Shown one piece after another: positions 30,301 to 40,300 of a stretch of 64,000 nucleotides of DNA. The DNA is from a virus, in the IMG/VR virus record IMGVR_UViG_3300043464_002317, positions 17,323 to 81,322 of that record. The stretch is one strand, 5' to 3'. The translations under genes were made by a program, and so were the position numbers. Within the stretch, counting starts at the first letter, position 1, and every line of letters begins with the position of its first letter. Below the pieces are notes generated by a model. It was not told where the DNA came from. It saw only the letters and a program-made list of their open reading frames with translations, and searched no databases.

Positions 30301-31646
30301 TTAATCTTGATAGATTAAAAAACGGAGGAGGAATAGATTTAAACGAACAATTTATAGTAGGAAACTATCAAGGAGGAGGTATAAATTTAGACCCATCTAA
30401 AAAAGGTACTTTTAAAGTGCAAGCTACGAGAATGGGAGTATCTGTTCAAGAAGCAGCCAATAAAATTTTATCTGCGCCAGAAGGTGAATATTCTCCAGAA
30501 ATGAGACGTAAAGCTAATTTTGCTCGTAATTTTGCAAAACAAGATGGAGGCGTGATGGACGATATGGTATATATTAACGGAGCTTGGTATGATAAAACTA
30601 CAATGCAAAACGGAGGTAATAAACAACCAGCCTATTCTTGGAGTACACAACAAGCACCATCCCAAGCAAACACAAGTATACGAATCCCTACAACTTCAAA
30701 AAACAGAGGAATCATCGCAAGACCGCTAGCAGATTTTAATAAAGAATTAGAAGAAAAAAGACAAAAAAATATTAAATTAGAACAAGAAAGAAAAGCAGCT
30801 ATAAATAGAGCTAATTTAGCTCAAAGCACACAAGGATTTCCTACAACACCAGAAGAATTAGCTGCTCAAGTAGCAGTAGAAGAAAAATTTACTATACCTT
30901 ATACGTCTCCGCTTGCACCTTTAAATTATTTTAATGTTTTTAAAGGGATTGGTAGTATGTCTAATGAGTTAGCATATGCCCCATTAAATGTTAAAAGAGG
31001 TGAATATTTAAAAGCTGCTACAGCTGTAGCGCAACCACTATTATTAGGACATATTGCAGGAGCACATGGAAATATAGCGGCTAATTTAGTAAATCCTGTT
31101 GCAGGTGTAAAAAATGCTGTTACATCGCTTGCAAAAGGAGAAATAATGCCAGCAGCACAAGTTGCAGCTAAAAATTTTCTTAAAAAGTATTCTTCAGAAA
31201 ATCCAGATTTAATTGATTTACCGTATGCAATAGATAAAAGATTCGTAACCACCAAAGAAGTTACACCAACAGCACAACAACCACTTGTAGGTCAAAACGG
31301 AGGTCTTACGCCTAAAAAAGCCAGAGAAATTTTGCATGATGGCACAGTACATGGAAAACCAATAACTGAGCAACAACGCAAATATTTTGGCTATATTTCG
31401 TCTAAAAAACAAGACGGTGGAGCTGTAACTATGACGGGTTACAGACAAGATTCTCCAGATGTAAATAACGCATTTAACTATATACCAAGCAAGAATATTT
31501 CTATGGGTAACGTAGTTGGCGATGTAAATGCCGTGGATAGATTTGGGAATGTAACTACTATGAAACCTAACGAAAACTATGTTTTTCCTAACGGAGGAGT
31601 ATTAGAATATAGACCTAAAAAAGGAAGAGTAAAATTCTCTATGTAA
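27300..31646 (+). CDS. Modular virion cargo protein segmented by xxGG motifs
   Basis: 1448 aa, no Cys; about 14 [FYMWLKGE][QK]xGG-type motifs separating unrelated modules. Confidence 0.6.
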   Translation: MKNNKLIRFSLEQNGGSAPKLMQEGRFSNYNWKENREYKKNPANLNSRGGLDVGVSKNLPLGFRSSAGVEFDEGKVNYRGGLGYNNKGLDINTNYNSSGKLNASVNYDSPVGLKAGFRYSDNKGEKTYSGNLGYSGEKIPIGLNTGYTHTSEGHNANADLNFNTKNINGNFGYEYNQEGNKNSFNAGVNIPFANKKGNIGINSKYNIGDKQPSVNIGTTFKFKNGGDVSDKKDTLSKLKKALSLRENLGNLDTEQGYNTPLKQVLRTAIGLEGKDYSNKPMSSIAREQDAFRMYLGLPSRTGAFEQTGSNKYRIRDYGQLYPETMPSDEAVLYSNKINKAVEMDKSPVDLNKLVELTPYADILMGTHNVVKDKDAKGEYLKYYDRFDFDPTRYANQFIDRNVNPTIGKYLKKATPVLDELESLIFNPFELEDKVYYNPKTKLRSDIILQQNRQRVVPGQPIAIPADFQSGGEMIKRNLWDNIGSTFKFQNAGQKNSTYTWSTQEASKPKGTDVKAPNDTNITKTDVLTDKAQLDEYRDFLKSKYKKQDEEYNNLPLVKMQSLYSDKIENFSPETRFGEIPENPTTVNLTQGRFNTAKVPTYVIDQAIESAKRNNRPVGELLALIGRESTFGQQKSDMRGTANKKDLISGWNLAEKYEPYDYMRFLADKGVEGIIAEKDRLRTYYDFDPNGGREQVFDYVNRNPKLLEEYKKKLESQPQIGNQDYFDLAYEFLKDKGIKKYNPGDPKYESMYNEDFQTLEKEPALQEYLKSKGVSFSNTKYQQGGNININSLQMQNNNKLQTPSEAVYSALSNSYNINTDMGLPELTTLEQFKNGGYKVIRTNERKGKTHKVIAPDGKVQYFGDAKLGQHPRDPERKKAFYARHKKNLEKNPLFRAFARETWQDGGELNKLGVENSLWNNIRENRGSGRKPTKEMLEQEKKIKAKEMQSGGSVQDKEMVDGIANILSQIKDKSNRKQVAKNMIKDFNNENVNFNYDNFLQAINLDRLKNGGGIDLNEQFIVGNYQGGGINLDPSKKGTFKVQATRMGVSVQEAANKILSAPEGEYSPEMRRKANFARNFAKQDGGVMDDMVYINGAWYDKTTMQNGGNKQPAYSWSTQQAPSQANTSIRIPTTSKNRGIIARPLADFNKELEEKRQKNIKLEQERKAAINRANLAQSTQGFPTTPEELAAQVAVEEKFTIPYTSPLAPLNYFNVFKGIGSMSNELAYAPLNVKRGEYLKAATAVAQPLLLGHIAGAHGNIAANLVNPVAGVKNAVTSLAKGEIMPAAQVAAKNFLKKYSSENPDLIDLPYAIDKRFVTTKEVTPTAQQPLVGQNGGLTPKKAREILHDGTVHGKPITEQQRKYFGYISSKKQDGGAVTMTGYRQDSPDVNNAFNYIPSKNISMGNVVGDVNAVDRFGNVTTMKPNENYVFPNGGVLEYRPKKGRVKFSM

Positions 31647-31695
31647 ACAAATATTGTTATAAATTATGAAGTTCATAACTTTTTTTGTATTTTTG
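31644..31695 (+). promoter_or_regulatory. Putative late promoter
   Basis: TAAAC-N7-GTTAT (31644-31660) and TATTTTTG (31688-31695). Confidence 0.65.
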
Positions 31696-31715
31696 TCACC
31701 TCTCATTATAACATC

Positions 31716-34700
31716 ATGAAAATCAAACGCAAAGTAAAATCTAAATTACCTAAGTATCAAAATAATCTTACAGATAATACTAATTTGTCAGGACAATCTC
31801 AAACAATAGATTTAAATCCAAACAATAGTGCTTTAGGTAATAATATGAGTTTAAGACAACAAGAAAATATTTCTACTCTTTCGCCTTTAACAACTCAAAG
31901 TTTATCACAAGCTAATCAATATACTCAACAACCTAACTTAGTTAAACAGCCCCAGCCTGCCATGGCTGGAACTACTAAAAAAGAACCTCAAGTATTACCT
32001 ATTTGGATGGATAGCCCATTTGGAACAAACGAAGGTTTTACGTATGCTGGGAGAGGATTTGGAGCACTTAAACCTATTTCTAAAAATGAAAATTTAACAC
32101 CAGAACAAAAGAAAGATTATAAAGCATTAGCAATAACAGAAGGAATTTCTGGGACTCTTGCAGGAGGGTTCGGAATGGCACGAGATTTTATGAGTGGTTT
32201 TTCTTCTAAAAGAGAAAATCAATTTCTTTCGCAAGAAGCTGTTGAAAATCAATTACGAGCAAATAGGCAATATAACAGAGGAGAACAAGATATAAATGCA
32301 AATAGAGGTTATGTTAATTCACAAAATGGTGGTATATTTCAAGCAGGAGGTGAAGTACCAATAGAAGAAATGTTAAGTGACAGAAGCGTTAAAGGATTAC
32401 CAGAAGAAATGGAAGGTGTCGCTAATGCGGAACTTGAATCTAAAGAATTTTTAATATCTCAAGGAGATATAAGCCGAGTGGAAGGAAAACGTCATTCAGA
32501 AGGAGGAGAGAAATTTGCTCTGAAAGGAGGTGATAAAATAATATCTGATAATATTCTTATAGGAAAACAACTTGATAAGTTTTTTGATGATATGGGATTA
32601 AATACAAACCCTAAAAACTCTTTTGCTACAGTAATGGAAAAATTCCGTAAAAAAATCGGAATGACTGAACTTCAAAAAGAGCAAGAAGTATATTTCAAAA
32701 AACTTGAAAAAAATACTAAGCTACCTGATTCCGAAACAAAAACTAAAAATGAAGAGTTTATATCTTCTCAAATTAATGAGATAGAAGAACAAAAAGAAGA
32801 TTTAAAAGCATTAGAATCATTTTTTGCAGATGTAGTTTATAATAAACAAGAAGATAGAAAAAAAGAAGGAGGCAATATCTATAAAAATAAAGTAATTGAC
32901 CAACCAATGCCAGAAGACGATTCTTATAATGGAGAAGTAATCATGGCTGCAAATGGAACTAAAATTCCTGTATATTTAGAAGATGGAGGTATTTTTGTAG
33001 ATTCAGCAGATGATAATATAGCTCTTAAAAATTGGGCTAAAAATAAAGGCTTTACTACAGAAGAGCAAATGTATGATTATCTTAGTCGTAAACAACAAGG
33101 TGGCGAACAAGAAAATCAATTAATGCAAGAAATTGCTTCAGCTCTTCAACAAGGTGCATCTCCAGAAGAAATTGTACAAGCTTTAGTTCAACAAGGAGCT
33201 TCAGAAGAACAAGCAGCAGCAATGATAGAACAAGTGACCATGCAAATGCAACAGCAACCTATGATGCAACAAGGGGGCGAGCAAGAAAATCAATTAATGC
33301 AAGAAATAGCCTCAGCTCTTCAACAAGGCGCATCACCAGAAGAAGTAGTGAGTGCTCTAATACAACAAGGAGCTTCAGAAGAACAAGCAATGGCAATAGT
33401 TGAGCAAGTAACTGCTCAAATGCAACAGCAACCTATGATGCAACAAGGTGGTGAACAAGATGTTATGACATACATATCAGACTCATTGCAACAAGGAGTA
33501 GACCCACAAGAAATTATGACTTCATTAGTTGAACAAGGGTTACAAGAAGAAGAGGTTACAGCAGCTATTCAACAAGTTATGGCACAAATGCAACAACCTA
33601 ATGAACAAATGATGCGTAACGGAGGAATGAAACTACCTATGTATGATAACGGGGGAGGAAAAGATACACCCCCTTACGATGAAAAAGACGCTTATACTGA
33701 AGAAGGTGTTGCAAGACTAAACAGGTTTCTTAAAGAATATAATCTAAAAGAATTACCTAAAACAGCTACAAAATCAGAAGTAAAGGATGCAGCAAGTGCA
33801 ATGCAAAAAAAAGCTCTACAAATAAATCCTGAACTAGTTACTCACTACCTATTAAATCAATCTCATCAGGCTGCTAATAAATTTACATCTGTCTTAGATA
33901 AAAAGTATGGTTCAGCTGCCGATTATAAAAAAGATTGGACACAAGCTGAAAAACAAGCTTACGCAAGAGAAAAATATAAAACTGGAGATTTAAAATTTGA
34001 TGAATTAGGAGATGCTTTTAATGATGCCTTATGGTGGTATCGTTCAGTATCTAATGATGTAAAAGCAGTGCCAAGACCAGAATATGAAAAATTTCTAAAA
34101 GATAATGCAGATAAACTTATAAAGCAAGCAGATGCAAGTGGTAATCCTTTGTACTATCTTTATAAAGGAGATGGTCAATACGAAGCTTTAACACCATACG
34201 ATGTAGAAACAACAAAAAAAGAAAAAGAGAAAATAGAGCAAGGAAAACAAGGCGACATGAAATCTTTTCAAGCAGCGGCTCAACAAAGAGCCGCAGGTTT
34301 TACACCAATTACGCCAAGATATAGAGAAATGCCAACTTCTATGCTACTACCTGGATATTTTCAAGAAACTCCAGAAGATGTTGTAGCTCCAAAAGTATCA
34401 CCTACAGAACAAATAGCTGCAATCACTGGAAGCGCAAGAAATGTTGCTGGACTTATGTCTGGAACTTCTGGTGCAGAAAAAATGGCTAATTTAGCATATC
34501 TACAAGCACAAGAAGCTGAACAAATTGATAAAGCTATTTCTGGAACTAATAGAGCTAACTTAGAATCTGAATTTAGCGCAAGACAAGCAAATAGAGCTAA
34601 CAGACAAGGAGTTCAAACAAAAAATATCTCTTATGCAATACCTTACGTAGATAAAGCTAATCTTGCACAAATAAATACCGAACAAGAATGGCAAAAATAC

Positions 34701-34910
34701 TTTGCAGAAATGAGTGGGGACAGATTAAACAATATTAGAGAACAAAGAGCTTTACAAACTTACGCAAGCATGACACCTAATTATAGATATGATGCTGCAA
34801 CAGGAATTACTTATGGAGCTGATGGAAAGCCTATAATTAATGAACAATTAGACCCAATAGCAATGGCAATTCTTGCTCAACAGCAACAACAAAATACTCC
34901 GAGAAAATAA
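31716..34910 (+). CDS. Virion cargo protein with xxGG motifs and Gln-rich repeats
   Basis: 1064 aa, no Cys; ANAELESKE...GKRHSEGG segment; several xxGG motifs; glycine-rich hydrophobic helix near the N-terminus. Confidence 0.6.
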   Translation: MKIKRKVKSKLPKYQNNLTDNTNLSGQSQTIDLNPNNSALGNNMSLRQQENISTLSPLTTQSLSQANQYTQQPNLVKQPQPAMAGTTKKEPQVLPIWMDSPFGTNEGFTYAGRGFGALKPISKNENLTPEQKKDYKALAITEGISGTLAGGFGMARDFMSGFSSKRENQFLSQEAVENQLRANRQYNRGEQDINANRGYVNSQNGGIFQAGGEVPIEEMLSDRSVKGLPEEMEGVANAELESKEFLISQGDISRVEGKRHSEGGEKFALKGGDKIISDNILIGKQLDKFFDDMGLNTNPKNSFATVMEKFRKKIGMTELQKEQEVYFKKLEKNTKLPDSETKTKNEEFISSQINEIEEQKEDLKALESFFADVVYNKQEDRKKEGGNIYKNKVIDQPMPEDDSYNGEVIMAANGTKIPVYLEDGGIFVDSADDNIALKNWAKNKGFTTEEQMYDYLSRKQQGGEQENQLMQEIASALQQGASPEEIVQALVQQGASEEQAAAMIEQVTMQMQQQPMMQQGGEQENQLMQEIASALQQGASPEEVVSALIQQGASEEQAMAIVEQVTAQMQQQPMMQQGGEQDVMTYISDSLQQGVDPQEIMTSLVEQGLQEEEVTAAIQQVMAQMQQPNEQMMRNGGMKLPMYDNGGGKDTPPYDEKDAYTEEGVARLNRFLKEYNLKELPKTATKSEVKDAASAMQKKALQINPELVTHYLLNQSHQAANKFTSVLDKKYGSAADYKKDWTQAEKQAYAREKYKTGDLKFDELGDAFNDALWWYRSVSNDVKAVPRPEYEKFLKDNADKLIKQADASGNPLYYLYKGDGQYEALTPYDVETTKKEKEKIEQGKQGDMKSFQAAAQQRAAGFTPITPRYREMPTSMLLPGYFQETPEDVVAPKVSPTEQIAAITGSARNVAGLMSGTSGAEKMANLAYLQAQEAEQIDKAISGTNRANLESEFSARQANRANRQGVQTKNISYAIPYVDKANLAQINTEQEWQKYFAEMSGDRLNNIREQRALQTYASMTPNYRYDAATGITYGADGKPIINEQLDPIAMAILAQQQQQNTPRK
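33093..33600 (+). repeat. Three 174-bp (58-aa) tandem repeats
   Basis: QQGGEQ...ALQQGASPEE...QQGASEEQA...QMQQQPMM units start at 33093, 33267 and 33441 (third more diverged). Confidence 0.9.
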
Positions 34911-37339
34911 TGGCTACATTTAACTCACAACCATACCAGTATGGAGAATATATTTCTCAATACCCTGTAGAATTAATTGGTAAATCTCTTTTGTACAAAC
35001 AAGAGAAATACGATGTTAATAGACAAAAACTTCAGGATTTTTACAATAGAATGAATATGACTGACTTCTATAAAAAAGAAGACAGAGAATATTTTCAACA
35101 AAGATTAAGTGTATTATCAGAAGAAGTAAATAAAGCAGGAGCAGGTGATTTATCTATTGCAGCAAATTTAGATGGGGTAACTGGACATCTTTCTCAAGCG
35201 ACAGATGAAAGAGTTATAAACGGTTATTTAGGTACACAACAGATTCGTCAATACCAACAAGAGTTTGAAAAACTAAGAGAAAAAGACCCTAAAAACTACA
35301 ACGATTTAAATTATCAATACGGCTTAGTAAATGCACAAAAATGGGCTCAAGATGGAAAATCTGGTACAAGATTAGATTCTTACAAAGATTCAAGAATCGG
35401 AGCTGGAATAGGTAGAGTTACTCCATACAGAGATACAATGAAAGAATTACAGGAGGCAGCTGAAAAAATATCTCCAGATATAAAAGTAGTTCAAACAGAA
35501 CAAGGACTTCAATTTATAGATATTTACAATAAAACTGTAAGTGATTCGAGACTAAGAAATCTTGTAGAAATGAAAATGCAAGATTCTGGATTTTCAGAGC
35601 AAATGAATGTAAATGCTTGGGGTCAATACCGAGGCATGGATGACGGTACTTTTAAAAGTTATGCCAAGATAAATCTTGAAACGCAAAAAACACAATTACA
35701 AGACCAACTAAGTACATTGCAAACAGAAGCTACTAAATTAACAGGAGCTGAAAAACAGAAAAAAGATGCTGAAATAAATATGGTTTCAGCAAATATGAAT
35801 GCTATACAGAATAGAATGGTTAACTTAGATGTCGATTTAGATAAAGAACGAGCTCTTTTGGAAAGAAATATGCATGCTCAAGAATTAACTAACAATTTTG
35901 TAGATACCTACGGCTATTCTCAAGTAACAGATATTAAGTATCATACTAATGAGGCTAAAAAGTTGCTTTTTGACCACAATCTTCAAACGGAAAGAATGAA
36001 GCTTAAAAATCAATATGATAAGGCAGCAGCAAAACAAAAAGAATCTGATGATTTATTAAAATTAGCTTATGCAAATGCAACAAAAGACCCAGAATTAGCA
36101 CAATTATATAATCAAAGATTTAAAGGACTAACAGGTACTGAAGGACAACCTTCTCCTTTTGATAGAGATATAGCTGCTACAGTTAAAAAAGAAACAGCAA
36201 CAGCACAGATAGAACAATCAGTAAATAAAGCTCAACTGTTTAATCAAAACATAGACAATATAAGAGCAGCTAAAGAAGCTACAGGTATAGGCACTATTGA
36301 CAGAGCAAATGAAATAATAAACGAATATACAGCTACTAAAAAATCAGGAAAAACAATACCTCAAGAATTAGCTAATAATTATAAATTAGCTTTAAATTTT
36401 CAAACTAATAATGATGCTGAATTAATATCATTAGAAAGAAAAAAACAAGCAGAAGACGCATATGTAAATAAATGGATAAACGGTAAATTTGGTAAGGTTA
36501 ATTTGAATTTTTCAAATAAAATAGAAAAAGAAAATGGAAAATTTATACTAACCACTAAGACAACTGAAGGATATGATGCAGCGACTGGAGTAGGTGAATT
36601 AAAAGAAACAAAAAGAGAATTAAGTAGAGGAGAATTTGCAAAATTAATAAGAGACGAAGTAAACAAACCTAACTCTACATTCAGAGAGGATTTTAATGGC
36701 TTTTTATCCGCACCTGCAAACAGAAATATATTACCTGCCCAAACATTTCAAACAAAAGTAGTCATCGGAGATGATATTAGTAGTGGGGATAAAGCTATCT
36801 TAAATGAAGCAGAAGCTTTAGGTTTTAAACCCTCAAAAGAAGACGATGGCAAATTAAAAGGAACAGTAGATGTACAAATAAATGCTCAAGGTATAACTTT
36901 TATTCCATCAGACGACCCTAAAAATAGTAAAACTATTTCAGCTGAAAAAATAAATTCTCAATATCCGCAGTTAAGTGCAGTATACGGAGCAAATTTACAA
37001 AATCAACAACCAGAAGCATCAAAAATAGTTGTACAAGATTATTTTAATAGAGCTAAAAAAAGTGGAATTGGACATACTTATCAAATTCCTGATGCCTACA
37101 CATTAAATGATGGTTCATCTATAGAAGGAGCATTTAGAATTGAAACTGGGGCTTCAGAGCAAGAAAACAAAATTTATTTTGATATTAATAGAACATATAA
37201 AGATAATACCCAAAAAGATATAATTATACCACCATTAACACAAGGAAATTTATCTGAAGTAGATTTCTTTAATCAAGCCAATTTATATTTTTTACAAAAT
37301 ATCAGTAAATACCCATTAAAAAATCCAATCAATCTTTAA
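34910..37339 (+). CDS. Virion cargo/ejection protein
   Basis: 809 aa, helical, no Cys; YISQYPVELIGK...KQEKYD N-terminus like crAss-like cargo proteins. Confidence 0.55.
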   Translation: MATFNSQPYQYGEYISQYPVELIGKSLLYKQEKYDVNRQKLQDFYNRMNMTDFYKKEDREYFQQRLSVLSEEVNKAGAGDLSIAANLDGVTGHLSQATDERVINGYLGTQQIRQYQQEFEKLREKDPKNYNDLNYQYGLVNAQKWAQDGKSGTRLDSYKDSRIGAGIGRVTPYRDTMKELQEAAEKISPDIKVVQTEQGLQFIDIYNKTVSDSRLRNLVEMKMQDSGFSEQMNVNAWGQYRGMDDGTFKSYAKINLETQKTQLQDQLSTLQTEATKLTGAEKQKKDAEINMVSANMNAIQNRMVNLDVDLDKERALLERNMHAQELTNNFVDTYGYSQVTDIKYHTNEAKKLLFDHNLQTERMKLKNQYDKAAAKQKESDDLLKLAYANATKDPELAQLYNQRFKGLTGTEGQPSPFDRDIAATVKKETATAQIEQSVNKAQLFNQNIDNIRAAKEATGIGTIDRANEIINEYTATKKSGKTIPQELANNYKLALNFQTNNDAELISLERKKQAEDAYVNKWINGKFGKVNLNFSNKIEKENGKFILTTKTTEGYDAATGVGELKETKRELSRGEFAKLIRDEVNKPNSTFREDFNGFLSAPANRNILPAQTFQTKVVIGDDISSGDKAILNEAEALGFKPSKEDDGKLKGTVDVQINAQGITFIPSDDPKNSKTISAEKINSQYPQLSAVYGANLQNQQPEASKIVVQDYFNRAKKSGIGHTYQIPDAYTLNDGSSIEGAFRIETGASEQENKIYFDINRTYKDNTQKDIIIPPLTQGNLSEVDFFNQANLYFLQNISKYPLKNPINL

Positions 37340-40300
37340 TGAATACACCAGAATATTACGCTAAATTTGCAGCACCAAGCTCATTTGAAGGTAGTTATGT
37401 AGCCCCTCAGAAATCTTTTGATTTTGATGCTGTATATAACTATGCAGGTAAAAATTTAGGTTATATAACAAGGTATCCTGAATTAAGTCCTTATGGGGAT
37501 TCAGAACAAATTCAAGCTGAAAAACAATCTGGATGGGATAAAGCATTAAATTCTGGTTTACAATTAGGAGCTTTAGCAACTAATACGTTTGCAAATCATT
37601 TTTACAGTTATGGAAGACAAGCATCAGCCTTAACAAATCAAGATTGGAGTAAGCTATGGCAAGATGATTTTGGGCAAGAAAGTGCTCAAATGATACAAGG
37701 TGTCAGTGATTTATACCCTATATACGAAACAGAAGAACAACAAAGATTAAGAGATGAAGAAGGAGGTTTATCAACTTCATTAAAACAATTTGTTCCGTTT
37801 ACTGGTCGTGCTGGAAATGCTTGGGCAAATTTAGCAGGGCAATTAGGTTTTATGGCTGGTACAGCAGGAGCAGTAGCCTTAGAATCCGCAGGATTAGCTG
37901 CACTAACAGCTGCAACAGAAGGAGTAGCAGCTCCCCTAGCTTTGACTAAAACTGTTTCAAATGCAAAGCTATTAAAATCAATGTACACCTTATATAAAAA
38001 TGCACGTACAGGACTAACAGGTGTAAAAAATGCAGCACAATCAGCAGGATTAATAGGTAATATTGTAAAAAGCCCAGTATTTACAACATATCGAATGTTA
38101 ACAGCAGCTCAAGGTGAAGCGGCTATTGAGGCTAATATAAATGCATTAGAATACAAAAATAAACAGCTTGAAAAATATGGAGTAAATGTTACTCCAGAAC
38201 AAATGCAAGAAATAGATACAAGAGCAACAGAATTAGGTAATACAGTATTTAATTGGAATGCACCTGTTTTAATGCTTGGAAATGCAATGACTATTGGAAG
38301 TCTTTTCAGAGTTGGAAATTTAGGTAAATCAGCTACAAGTCAGCTAATCAAAGAAGAAGCAACAGGAGTAATAAAAAAGAAATTTGGAGAATTAACAACT
38401 AAAGAAGCTTTAAACCCTTTTATTAAAAAAACATGGGAATTTTCTAAAAAAGGAGGTAAATTTGTAGTTAATGAAAATTTATATGAAGGTGTAGAAGAAG
38501 TTCTCCAAGGTATTGGAGGTAGAGCTGCTCAACATATGTACGAGACATATGATTCTGAAGGGGGTAAAGGTTTGGATGCATTTTTAACTGCGTTAGGAGA
38601 AGAAACTTCAAATACATTTAGTACAAGAGAAGGTTGGGATGAATTTGTATCTGGAGCTCTTACTGGTTATGGCATAAAAGGTATTACTTCTGTATACAAT
38701 AGAGCAACAGGAGCAACAGCTAAAGAACAAGCAATACGAGACTTTACTCAAAAAGGGGTTGAACAAGATATTCAATCAGTAAATAATTATATGAAGTCTG
38801 TTTTAACTAATACAGACCCAAACACTAATTATGTAAAAAATCAAGTTGCTTCTATAGAACAACAAGAAACAGCAATAGCTGATGGTAATGTTAAAGTTGC
38901 AAAAGATGCGCAAGGTCAAACTAAAATAGGTTTATTTTCAAAGTTGCAAAAATACGGTACATCTGTATCAGACGATATTTTTGATTTGTGGGGAGAAACC
39001 ATGAAAGAAATGCAAAAAACCAACGAAACAGATTTCCGTCAAATGATGGGAGACAGAAACGTTGAAGAAGTTGTATCTAAATTAAAACAAGAAAATAAAC
39101 AATTTAACGATGTTTATAATACCATAGATAAAAACGCAAAAAATCCGTATAACCAAAAAACAGACTCTAAAAATTATCAGCTTTATGAGCAAGCAAAACT
39201 TTTTGCTGCTGGAATGGAATACAATGCAAGAGACAGTAAAGAACGAGGTCAGGCAATTGTAAAAGATTTAACAACTAATTTTGGTATAGATGAAACTTTA
39301 ATTGCTTCCATGTTTGATGGAACAACTTTAAGGGATAATCTTACAACAGCTAAAAAACTTTTTAAATTACAAGAAGAAGCATTAAAAAATGCTGCAACCC
39401 CAGAAGAAAGGGAAGCTTTAGAACAAGAGCTTCTTAAATCAAAAGAAAAAGTAGAACTTCTTCAAGCAATAGAGACTGGAGCTTTTGATGAAAAAGGTAA
39501 TCCTGTTTACGGAGAGAAAAATCCAGAAGAAACAGCAGCTATGTTTATTAAAGCTTATTACAGAGATAAGTCAGCTTTAGTACCAGACGAACTTAAAAAG
39601 AATATAGAAGATTTAATAACTTTAGAAACAGAATCTGAAGGCTATTTAGCAGCTTATAACTTTCTTTCAAACAAAGATTATCTTGAAAAATTTGCCGAAT
39701 CTTATTTAAATGAAGCAAATAAAAAAATAGCTCAATCTGAAAAAAACATAAGCAGAAATCAAAAAGCGGCTTCAAAACCTATTATAACCCCAGAGGAAAA
39801 ATACGATGATAATCAAGTTGATGAAGCTTTAACAGGAACTACAGCAAAGGCAAGCATAACAGATTTTTTAGAAGAGGTTCGTTCAAAAAAACAATCAGAC
39901 GGAACATACCTACATAATGGTAAAAAATATAACACTGCAAAAGAATTAGCAGAAGACTTAAAAAAAGAAACTGAAGGTTTTGAAGATTTACTTGACCAAA
40001 CAAATGATAAAGGTGAATCAATAGATTCTATCTTAGAAAAAGCTCTTAATAATTTAGAAGAAGAGTTAACAGAACCAGGAGATGCGGTAAGAAAAACAGA
40101 AGGGCAACCAAAGCAAGTTATCCAACCAAAAACTAAAACACAATCAGAAGCCGAAATTAAAAAAGGTTTTTGGCAAAAATCTTCTCCATATAACACAAAA
40201 GTACATAGCTTTGATTTAGTTATCTCGTTTCTATTTCCTAAAGATTTAAGTTATCTTTTTGATAGTCTTGTTAAGGCAAATCAAAACGATGTACTTAACG

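Noticed and set aside
33093-33600. 174-bp repeats as CRISPR or a mobile element
   Set aside because: Contiguous in-frame protein repeats with synonymous differences; no cas or transposase genes
35822-35845. NLDVDLDK as an RNA polymerase DxDxD motif
   Set aside because: Lies within a heptad coiled-coil stretch with no surrounding beta-barrel context
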